In this document: positions 1 to 8,200 of the stretch, one piece after another | How positions within the stretch are numbered: position 1 is the stretch's first letter | Layout of the letters: each line of letters starts with the position of its first letter | Source of the DNA: Candidatus Thorarchaeota archaeon | GTDB lineage: Archaea; Asgardarchaeota; Thorarchaeia; Thorarchaeales; Thorarchaeaceae | NCBI GenBank assembly: GCA_048882485.1 | Contig: JBHLRP010000001.1 | Coordinates: 64,001 to 128,000 of the forward strand | Length of the DNA: 64,000 nucleotides | Direction of reading: 5' to 3' | Translations under genes and position numbers: made by a program | Notes under the pieces: generated by a model | What the model was told of the DNA's origin: nothing | Database searches by the model: none | The model's input: only the letters and a program-made list of their open reading frames with translations

Positions 1-930
1 TACATTGATCAAAGTCAAAAAGTATGCCAATGTTAACATATAGCCATGTATTCTGGTAAATCTTTCCTCGTCATAGTACTCAAGCGCGGTACCCAGATAC
101 GCTAGGATCAATGCAGGAGCTCCCAAGTAGAATCCATAGTGCATTTGAATGGGCGGAATAGCCTGCACAGTGTATTGTAATGGTGGATCTGTGACAACCT
201 CGAAGCCATCTCCGTCTCTAGCGACGATTCGATATTCAATTGTTGTGCCAGGAGGGAAATTGGGAATTGTTGCTTGGTAGAATCCTCCAACTAGCTCCAT
301 GGTGACATTTGTCCATTCTATTGTCCAGTTGTCTCTGTATTGGAGTATCGCTGAAACAATTCCCGCCTCTGAACTCACATTAGCAGAAACCAAGACGCTC
401 TGATTGCTTAAGGGTGATGCTGGGGTCTGACTAAAACTAGAGATAGCTGGTCCCTCGCCCACATGAATGACATTGATGGTGATTGACGTAACATCGCCAT
501 GTCCATTATTGCCCGCGGCCCATATCTCAAGAGTATAGGAGCCTGCCAGACCAGGTGCAGTCAAAGTGTAATTTACTTCGAGTTCAAGAGGATCTGGGTC
601 CAAGTCTGGTGTTTCTCCATCGCGGACCAATCCATCATTTGGGATATTGAAGAGCGCATTTTGCTCCTCATTTCTTGGAAACTTCAGAACCAGTGTTGTT
701 GGTCCTGTTGTGGCTGTCGCTCGCACTATGAATGAGAACTCAGCTCCCTCTTCAACATCTACCGATGCATCTGTGCTCACAGTTATTGCAGTTGCTGTAG
801 TATGACATCCTGCTAATGAATCACAAGCTCTCTGTTCACTAACGAATGCAGTGGTGTACTGAGACGCTATGATGATGGCAAAAGCAACAGCTAACACAAC
901 TATAATAGCATATCTTGATTTTCGTTTCAA
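1..930 (-). CDS. Secreted/membrane protein (C-terminus truncated by window): signal peptide, atypical CX5CH heme-c-like domain, Ig-like domain, then His-containing transmembrane region
   Basis: Not in ORF track (no stop in window). Manual translation from TTG at 930 (GGTGA SD just upstream): MKRKSRYAIIVVLAVAFAIIIASQYTTAFVSEQRACDSLAGCHTT...YTLEIWAAGNNGHG...QMHYGFYLGAPALILAYLGTALEYYDEERFTRIHGYMLTLAYFLTLINV; open to position 1; N-domain is paralogous to that of 4256..7930. Confidence 0.85.
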   Translation of the reverse strand, partial: MKRKSRYAIIVVLAVAFAIIIASQYTTAFVSEQRACDSLAGCHTTATAITVSTDASVDVEEGAEFSFIVRATATTGPTTLVLKFPRNEEQNALFNIPNDGLVRDGETPDLDPDPLELEVNYTLTAPGLAGSYTLEIWAAGNNGHGDVTSITINVIHVGEGPAISSFSQTPASPLSNQSVLVSANVSSEAGIVSAILQYRDNWTIEWTNVTMELVGGFYQATIPNFPPGTTIEYRIVARDGDGFEVVTDPPLQYTVQAIPPIQMHYGFYLGAPALILAYLGTALEYYDEERFTRIHGYMLTLAYFLTLINV

Positions 931-1085
931 TGCTGTCACCAGAGGCTGTGCAGTAATTGCAGTGCGGCATTGGCCCCATTAAAAATCTTACCTGATGTGA
1001 CGCACTGGACAAACGAGCGATCGAGAATCTTAACGAAATGCAACCTCTTCCATTCATCTAGTTTCCTATCGTAACCTTAGGAGCT

Positions 1086-1571
1086 TCAGAATTCTGGATT
1101 TGTCCACTTGTAGAATTCGGGTCCTTTCCAGAATGAAAGTGTTTTGGGGATGACTTTTATTCCAATCCGGTTTCCAATAGGATAGCCAGTGCCTAGAAAT
1201 CTCGCATACTTGGAAAGATAATTCAAAGAAACCTTTTCGTCTACAAGCTCCATTTCAACTAGCATTGCACGACCACGGATCATCACGCCTTGGTTGTATG
1301 CTGGTGAAAGCGCACTCCGCATATCTACTGTTACACAGACCTTAGTGTTTCTTCTGATATTGCTTATCTTTTGACTGCGCTTTGTGGTTATCAGGAATAT
1401 TGTATTCGTAGCTTGATCCCACATATAGAACATCGCTGTCAAGTGGGGCAAGCATCCTGGCTCAGATGTCCCGAAATATGCAAAGAACCCATTCCTGAGA
1501 ATATACAATGCGCGCTCGGGAATCCTTCCAGCATGTATTACTTGGCTTTTTTCGGGCTTGATGAGTATCAT
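1086..1571 (-). CDS. Pyridoxamine 5'-phosphate oxidase-like split-barrel protein (flavin/F420/heme-binding)
   Basis: PHLTAMFY...ITTKRSQKISNIRRNTKVCVTVD...GVMIRGRA pattern typical of the PNPOx-like fold. Confidence 0.8.
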   Translation of the reverse strand: MILIKPEKSQVIHAGRIPERALYILRNGFFAYFGTSEPGCLPHLTAMFYMWDQATNTIFLITTKRSQKISNIRRNTKVCVTVDMRSALSPAYNQGVMIRGRAMLVEMELVDEKVSLNYLSKYARFLGTGYPIGNRIGIKVIPKTLSFWKGPEFYKWTNPEF

Positions 1572-1575
1572 TGTA

Positions 1576-2838
1576 TCACACTCTCAGCGAAGTTGGCTTT
1601 GCTTCTCTCCAATATGTCATCCTCACTGGATCTACTCTTACAAGAACTCTAGAGAGGAAGGGCTTGATTTGCCAGACTATTGGCAATTCATCCGACTTTT
1701 TGTCATAGTATCTCATATATCGAGGATATTTCGTTCGGAACCTCAGCCAAACTCTGATCATCCAGAGTCCATTGACGAAGATTTTCAGAATTCCTATCGG
1801 TGTGATTTTTCCCAACACTTCAGCATGTCCCCGAATCAATACCGCACGATTGTTCACAGGGTTGCGTCTGTCTCTCATGTCTACTAATACTGCAACGTTT
1901 CTATTCTTGTGAATTATCCTATATTTCGCTGACGCTATTGAAATCGCAAAATAGAGCGCTTTTCCATCATAGTTGAAAATCACTGGAGTCACGTGAGATT
2001 GGTTCTTCAAACACAGTGCAACATACGCGAAACGTTCATTCAACAGCACGCTTTCGACATCTGGGGGAAGCCATGGCACAGTTTCCATTGCCATCAGGGA
2101 GAGAGCTGATAGCCCAAGGATTGCCCCGAGAAATCCTAGTAGCCCGTAAAAGATCAGTGTATCAGCAGCAGCAATAGGGAGTACAAGTATAGCAGTTGCC
2201 CCCCAGTAGAGATTTACCGAATCAAGGAACTTCAGAGTTCTAACCTCGGAGTATGCCGTGTATTGCAGTCTTCGTCGTCGTCGAGCCGCGAGGCTAAGCC
2301 TTATTGATCGATTTGCTGCGAGCAATGTCGCGACGAACGATAAGCCAAGTCTGTAGCAAACATCCCACGCTAAAACCCCAATCAATATGAATAGTAGCGG
2401 ATTCCCGAAACCTGCCCCCAAAAAATCTTGTAGAATATGTTGATTATAGTAGACGTATGTCACAAAGAATACAAAGAAAGATACTCCACCAATCAGCTCG
2501 TAACCTCGATTCAACAGCAAGCGGCTTCTATACGCCTCAAGCACTTTTAGCTCAGCTTTATTGGTTGGATTCCTTAAGCGGCGAAGCAATGGCGCAATAA
2601 AAAGACATCCAGCAGACCAGACCACTGTATAGAGAATGGCTAAAGAACCGAAGATGGCTGTTTCAATGGGCATCTGCCAATAGAAAAAAGCTAAAATCCC
2701 AAGTCCCTCGACAAGCACTAATTGTGCGACCACGTCGAGGGTTGGTGGGAGCCAACTGAATGGGGGCACATGTTCTACTATTTCTTCGTATATCCACTTT
2801 CTATCCCTGACACGTTTTTTCTGGTATCCCGAAGTCAT
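1576..2838 (-). CDS. Multi-pass membrane protein fused to a C-terminal PNPOx-like domain
   Basis: About 6 hydrophobic segments, then SHVTPVIFNYDG...SAKYRIIHKNRNVAVLVD...AVLIRGHAE. Confidence 0.75.
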   Translation of the reverse strand: MTSGYQKKRVRDRKWIYEEIVEHVPPFSWLPPTLDVVAQLVLVEGLGILAFFYWQMPIETAIFGSLAILYTVVWSAGCLFIAPLLRRLRNPTNKAELKVLEAYRSRLLLNRGYELIGGVSFFVFFVTYVYYNQHILQDFLGAGFGNPLLFILIGVLAWDVCYRLGLSFVATLLAANRSIRLSLAARRRRRLQYTAYSEVRTLKFLDSVNLYWGATAILVLPIAAADTLIFYGLLGFLGAILGLSALSLMAMETVPWLPPDVESVLLNERFAYVALCLKNQSHVTPVIFNYDGKALYFAISIASAKYRIIHKNRNVAVLVDMRDRRNPVNNRAVLIRGHAEVLGKITPIGILKIFVNGLWMIRVWLRFRTKYPRYMRYYDKKSDELPIVWQIKPFLSRVLVRVDPVRMTYWREAKPTSLRV

Positions 2839-2907
2839 TCGTCACCATCATGCATCAGTACTTATGTTACTATCGAATTTCCCAAAAGCAATCCATGCTA
2901 TTGGTCA

Positions 2908-4131
2908 CTATTCGTATATCTCTTCAAGCCCATCCCAGGTGAATCCTAATGCCTCTGCGACTAGAACTGCTAGGTCCTTGACAATCTTGTTGGACCCAGA
3001 CAGCGGGAGTTGATCTTGCATGAAGTCCACACATGATGGACACGAAGCGGCGACGACTGAAGCACTAGTCTGTTCAATATCCTTCGCTTTCAGTTTGCTT
3101 ATTTGATTAGCAAATTCTGCATCTACTGCTCTGAGTACACCACCTGAACCACAGCAGTAACAGTTATTCTTGTTGTGCGGTAGCTCTTCAAACGTGACGC
3201 CGGGCAGATGTTCAAGAACTTTTCTTGGCTGCTCATAGAATCCCGAATTTCTCCCTGCATCACACCCATCATGGAATGTCACAGTCAGGTCTAGTGGGTT
3301 CGTAAACTCAAGCATGTTCCTATCTATTAGATCCTCAAAATACTCAGGACCGTACATGATCTGAAAAGGCGGATCGATGTCAAGAAACGCGTGGTATTCA
3401 TGTGCCCACATCTTATAGCAGCCCGGGCAATTTGTGATAACTCGTTCCACACCGAGTTCCTTGTACTTCTCAATATTATGCTCAGCAAATTGGCGAGCGG
3501 TTTCGAAGTCGCCTGTCATGATCATAGGCGCTCCACAACAGGCCTCGTCTTCGCCAAGAAAGGTGTACGACTCGCCAGCCTTGTCCATGATTAGCGTGGT
3601 GGCGATTGTCGCCTGAATGGAAACCCCTCGGAACGATGAAGCACATCCAAAGAAGAAGGCAGTCTTGGCCTCTTGACCCATCGTATCTAGAAGAGTGTCT
3701 TCATCTGGATGCCAATATGACCATCCCTCGACTCTATCCATCTGTGATTGTCCTTGAATGTTCTGGCTGTCAAGTAGAGTCTTCTTTGCCATCTCAAGTT
3801 GCTCAGGCCATAGGCCCATCTTCTGAAAGTCTGACCTCATTAATTGGTAGACCTGAACAAAAGGAATGTCCACTTGACATATCTCTTCACATCCTCCGCA
3901 GAGAGTGCATCCAAAGACAGCATCGCGGAGACCTTCCAGACCTTCCGAAGCCCTCAGGCTTCCCTGAGCAAGCGACCGTGCAATGATCATCTTACCCTTT
4001 CCAGAGTAGCTATCTCGACGCTTCACTTTGTAAGTTGGACAAGCGCCGTTACCGACTTGGCAAAAGCTACATTGAGCACACATATACGGCATGTCTTGAA
4101 GACCATACTTCTCCAGACTTTGGAATTTCAT
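2908..4131 (-). CDS. GlcF/HdrD-like (Fe-S)-binding protein: 2x[4Fe-4S] ferredoxin domain plus two CCG domains
   Basis: CAQCSFC-x6-CP, CTLCGGCEEIC; FFFGC..ACCG..NCPGC; HDGC..YCCG..SCPSC. Confidence 0.9.
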   Translation of the reverse strand: MKFQSLEKYGLQDMPYMCAQCSFCQVGNGACPTYKVKRRDSYSGKGKMIIARSLAQGSLRASEGLEGLRDAVFGCTLCGGCEEICQVDIPFVQVYQLMRSDFQKMGLWPEQLEMAKKTLLDSQNIQGQSQMDRVEGWSYWHPDEDTLLDTMGQEAKTAFFFGCASSFRGVSIQATIATTLIMDKAGESYTFLGEDEACCGAPMIMTGDFETARQFAEHNIEKYKELGVERVITNCPGCYKMWAHEYHAFLDIDPPFQIMYGPEYFEDLIDRNMLEFTNPLDLTVTFHDGCDAGRNSGFYEQPRKVLEHLPGVTFEELPHNKNNCYCCGSGGVLRAVDAEFANQISKLKAKDIEQTSASVVAASCPSCVDFMQDQLPLSGSNKIVKDLAVLVAEALGFTWDGLEEIYE

Positions 4132-4255
4132 ACGGCAATACCTCTTCTGTGGGTTCCTTTGAACGATGAGGTCCGATGCAAACGGGCACTAATACTTTTG
4201 CTCTTGTGAGTTCTTGGAAGCTATCGATGTTTGACAATGAGATGAGGCGAATCGA

Positions 4256-7200
4256 TTATCTTCTCCTCCTCAACCAAATCTCAGATATTAGCAGAATCAC
4301 CAATACTGTTCCAGTCCATGAGAGAATTATGGTGAGGATTTGAGTTACAGGCAATGGAGGTGGTGGAACAGTGGGTTCTGTTGTAGTATCTGTGGTCGTG
4401 GAGGTCGTTGAGGTTGTGGTGGTAGCCGCCGCCAGCACGGTCACAATGACTTCATCCGAGGCAAAATTGCCTCCAATGTCCCAGACGACTATGGTGCAAT
4501 TGTAATCACCCACGGCCAGGCCATCAGCTGAAATGGAAATTGATTCTGCAGTGTCATTCCAGAGTCCCGTCTTTATCTCGATTTCATCTAGATAGATCTT
4601 GTAGCCTACTGGATGAAGATCTGAGGGGTTCCAAACAATTGCGTTTCCAGTTTCCCCCTCAGTATATGTCACATTGGGTGGTGAGTCTATTGTTGGGGGT
4701 GTTCCATCCACGACAGTGACATACACCGTGTCATTCGCCCAGTTTGCGTCGATGTCAAACACAACTATGGTGAAATTATGAACACCCAGGGCTAGTCCAT
4801 CCAAACTTTGCACAATGGTTTCAGAGGACGAGTTCCAAGTTCCGGACCTAAGAACAAGCTCGTTAAGATAGATGATGTAGCTCGCGGGATTGAGGTCTGT
4901 TGGATCCCAGCTGATTGCCAATCCCGGAGATCCTTCATCTATCAACATATCACTTGGAGCATCGATTACTGGTAGAGTCGCATCCGAAACAAAGACATCC
5001 ACTGAGTCAGAAGCTGAATTCCCGTCAAGATCATAGACCGCAAGAGTGAAGTTGTGTGTTCCTCGAGGTTGACCTGTAACTGAAATGGTGATAGTTTCCA
5101 GACTGGAATTCCACAACCCTGATTTGATAAGTACGTCGTTCAGATAGATCTCATATGATGATGGGTATGAGTCTGTAGGATTCCAGATAATGCTACCACC
5201 TGCATCGCCCTCATTGTAGTTGATATCTGGAGGAGTGTCTATTGTCGGGGGAGTGCCATCACTTACATAGACCATCACAGTGTCACTTCCTCTATTCCCT
5301 CCGATATCAAAGACCACCAATGTGAAGTTGTAGCTTCCTCTCAGCAGATTATCAACATTGATGGTCAATGTTTCCGAAGTTGAATTCCAAACTCCAGATT
5401 GGAGTAGCACTTCGTCCTTGTAGATTACAAAGTTGAACGGGTTCGTGTCGGTGGGATCCCAAGTAATGCTGCTACCGGGGTTTCCTTCATCATAATAGAC
5501 ATCTCCAGGGTTATCCACATTGGGCGGAGTGCCATCATAAACGGTGACCCATAGCATATCAGTCGCAGTATTTACGTCTTGGTCAGTCACGACTATAGTG
5601 AAATTATGTCGACCTAAGGCGAGTCCATCAATTAGTACTTGAATTAGCTCTGCACTTGAATTCCAGGCACCAGACTTGTAGAGTGTTCCGTTCCTGTAGA
5701 CAGCATAGCTCTGGGGGTTAAGGTCGAGGGGGTTCCAAATCAGATAATTGCCTATTGACTCCTGCACGACTTCTGTATCCTGCAAATCATTGATGGTGGG
5801 GACATCGGCGCTAAAGATGGTCACCCACACCTCATCAGATACAGTATTTCCTCCAATGTCAGTTACGACCAGGGTGAAGTTGTGGAGTCCAATAGCCAGA
5901 CCATCAAGGAATACAACAATAGTTTCCCCAGTCGAGTTCCAGATTCCTGACATTATCGGGGTTTCATTCTTGTAGACAACATAGCTGACTGGATGAAGGT
6001 CTGATGGAGTCCATGTGATATTGTGACCTCCTTCTCCTTCAGGGTAGAACGCATCCGCAGGTTCATCGATTGAGGGAAGCGTTCCATCTACCACTGTCAC
6101 ATCAAGCATATCAACTGCGGTGAACCCAGCTGAATCGTAAACGACTATTGTCAGATTATAAACACCAAGGCCTAGACCATCGACGGAGACTGTGATGGAT
6201 TCCGAGCTCGAGTTCCATAATCCGGACTTGAAGAGAACTTCTTCTAGGTAAATTTCATAATGCGAAGGATGCAGATCAAAGGGATTCCACGTAACATTAT
6301 TCCCGGGTGTGCCTTCGGATACCTGAGCATCGCTTGGCTGGTCAATAGTAGGTGCAGTCCCATCATACACCTCTACCCACACCGTGTCGTTCGCAGTGTT
6401 TAATCCAATATCGGCGACTAGTATTGTGAAATTATATAGCCCTAGACCCAATCCGCTTACTGAAATCGAGATTGTTTCGGAGGTATCATTCCACGTCCCT
6501 GATTTGACCTGAACGCTATTTCTGTAGATGATATAGTTCAGAGGATAGCTGTCTGTTGGATCCCAGGTAACTGACTGAAGAGGTGTGCCTTCAGCGTATG
6601 TCACATTCAGGGGACTATCAATATTCGGCGGAGTACCATCGCCTACTGTAACCCGGACCACATCATTTGCTGGGTTCCCTCCTATATCGAAAACCTCCAG
6701 CATATAATCATATACCCCCAGTGATAGCCCTTCGACTGAAACCGCGATTGTTTCCACACTCGAGTTCCAAGTTCCAGATTTGATTGGAACTCCATCTCTA
6801 TAAATGGTGTAATTCAAGGGATGAAGGTCTGTTGGATCCCAAGTTATGCCAATGCCAGTTTCTCCTTCGTTATAGCTGACATCCGTTGGACTATCGATTG
6901 TTGGTGGAGTGCCATCGGAAACAATCACCCAGACCGTGTCCGTGACCGCATTAGAGCCAACATCAGTGACTTCAATTGTATAGTTATACTCCCCAAGGCT
7001 CTCTCCTTCAACCAATATTGAAATCGTTTCAGCTGAGCTATTCCAAGCGCCTGATTTGATTGGTGCGCTCTCCCTATAGATTACGTAGCTAGAGGGATGG
7101 AGATCTGTTGGGTCCCAGACGATTGTGCTTCCGCTTGCCCCTTCATCATATGTGACATTAGCGGGGCTGTCGACCAACGGAGCGGTGCCATCATAGACTG

Positions 7201-7930
7201 TCACTCCAACCTGATCAGAAGCATTATTGCTTGCTGCATCAAAAACTGTAATAGTAAGAGTGTGAGCACCAAGATTGAGGGACCCAAGCATTGCAGTGAT
7301 TGGAGAGCCATCCCATGAACCACTCTGGAATGCGGCGCCATTATCCAGAATCTCATAACTGCTGGGATTCGCATCATTGGGGGTCCAAGTCACACTTGCA
7401 CTGCCATTCCCTTCAGCAATTATCTGGTCAGCTGGACTGTCAATCGTTGGGGGTGTTGAGTCAGACGAGGTCACCGACACTGTAACATCAAGACTAGCAG
7501 AATGCCCTCCTTTGGCTGCTGCCCAAATTCTCAATATCCAGGTTCCTACTGCTATTGGGGTGAACGCAAACGTAACAGTCATCTGGCCAATATTCGAATT
7601 TGTGTCCCCTGGGTCGTTGTCAAGAATTGACTGGTCTGTGAACGAGAACTGATTGTTGTCCGCCCATCCACTCAAAACAGCAGTTGCTGTGTCACCAGCT
7701 TTTGTGGCAGCGCTTGATGATGATACAACAAGCGAGAATGGTGAGCCTAAATCTGCGTCTACTGTACCTGTCGCATTTGATGAAATAGTCACATCGGAGG
7801 GACTAGTAGTGTGGCAGGTTCCGCATTCAGCTGTAGAGTCAGGCTTTCCTAATGCCGTATAGGCGCCGACTAGGCTAATTGCCAGAACGCAGAAAGCAAT
7901 GATTATTGCTGTTTTCTTAATGGACTTCAA
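4256..7930 (-). CDS. Cell-surface protein: signal peptide, CxxCH heme-c motif domain, 11 Ig-like repeats, Thr/Pro linker, C-terminal TM anchor with RRRR tail
   Basis: ECGTCH at 7811-7825; repeats begin DGTPPxIDxP; many N-x-S/T sequons; C-terminal ILTIILSWTGTVLVILLISEIWLRRRR. Confidence 0.88.
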   Translation of the reverse strand: MKSIKKTAIIIAFCVLAISLVGAYTALGKPDSTAECGTCHTTSPSDVTISSNATGTVDADLGSPFSLVVSSSSAATKAGDTATAVLSGWADNNQFSFTDQSILDNDPGDTNSNIGQMTVTFAFTPIAVGTWILRIWAAAKGGHSASLDVTVSVTSSDSTPPTIDSPADQIIAEGNGSASVTWTPNDANPSSYEILDNGAAFQSGSWDGSPITAMLGSLNLGAHTLTITVFDAASNNASDQVGVTVYDGTAPLVDSPANVTYDEGASGSTIVWDPTDLHPSSYVIYRESAPIKSGAWNSSAETISILVEGESLGEYNYTIEVTDVGSNAVTDTVWVIVSDGTPPTIDSPTDVSYNEGETGIGITWDPTDLHPLNYTIYRDGVPIKSGTWNSSVETIAVSVEGLSLGVYDYMLEVFDIGGNPANDVVRVTVGDGTPPNIDSPLNVTYAEGTPLQSVTWDPTDSYPLNYIIYRNSVQVKSGTWNDTSETISISVSGLGLGLYNFTILVADIGLNTANDTVWVEVYDGTAPTIDQPSDAQVSEGTPGNNVTWNPFDLHPSHYEIYLEEVLFKSGLWNSSSESITVSVDGLGLGVYNLTIVVYDSAGFTAVDMLDVTVVDGTLPSIDEPADAFYPEGEGGHNITWTPSDLHPVSYVVYKNETPIMSGIWNSTGETIVVFLDGLAIGLHNFTLVVTDIGGNTVSDEVWVTIFSADVPTINDLQDTEVVQESIGNYLIWNPLDLNPQSYAVYRNGTLYKSGAWNSSAELIQVLIDGLALGRHNFTIVVTDQDVNTATDMLWVTVYDGTPPNVDNPGDVYYDEGNPGSSITWDPTDTNPFNFVIYKDEVLLQSGVWNSTSETLTINVDNLLRGSYNFTLVVFDIGGNRGSDTVMVYVSDGTPPTIDTPPDINYNEGDAGGSIIWNPTDSYPSSYEIYLNDVLIKSGLWNSSLETITISVTGQPRGTHNFTLAVYDLDGNSASDSVDVFVSDATLPVIDAPSDMLIDEGSPGLAISWDPTDLNPASYIIYLNELVLRSGTWNSSSETIVQSLDGLALGVHNFTIVVFDIDANWANDTVYVTVVDGTPPTIDSPPNVTYTEGETGNAIVWNPSDLHPVGYKIYLDEIEIKTGLWNDTAESISISADGLAVGDYNCTIVVWDIGGNFASDEVIVTVLAAATTTTSTTSTTTDTTTEPTVPPPPLPVTQILTIILSWTGTVLVILLISEIWLRRRR
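4433..7462 (-). repeat. Intragenic array of 11 ~92-codon Ig-like repeats
   Basis: Consensus DGTPPxIDxPxDxxYxEGxxGxxIxWxPxDxxPxxYxIY...SGxWNSSxETI...GLxxGxYNFTxxVxDxxGNxAxDxVxVxV counted 11 times over 1010 aa. Confidence 0.9.
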
Positions 7931-7984
7931 TGGAATGCCGCCTGCGTGTCTTCTTTGTTGAAGCTTCTAAGCACGCTGCCCCTC

Positions 7985-8065
7985 CAATGATTCATTTATA
8001 TTACAATTGGTAATTTATATCCACCTTTTTGTTTCTTTTATTATTTTTGTGAAATTATCGAATTC
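7985..8065. promoter_or_regulatory. AT-rich divergent promoter region between the cytochrome-like cluster and the FAD-NuoB gene
   Basis: Two TTTATAT TATA-like boxes flanking the short inverted repeat ATTAC-AATTG-GTAAT; T-rich tract. Confidence 0.4.
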
Positions 8066-8200
8066 ATGGTGCTATGAGCTAGATAATTGGCAACCCGATA
8101 AAGCATGGAATTGATAGCTAAGCCTTCTCGCTAGGTTTTTATGGAGCATGATTCCACGACCGTGACCTGAGAGCAGCTTCGTCTCTTGGAGAGAGTCCAC

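Noticed and set aside
108-1057. Short ORFs 108..290, 499..735 and 839..1057
   Set aside because: Shadows of the minus-strand gene 1..930
4256-7930. Multiheme nanowire
   Set aside because: Only one CxxCH; the repeats carry no heme motifs
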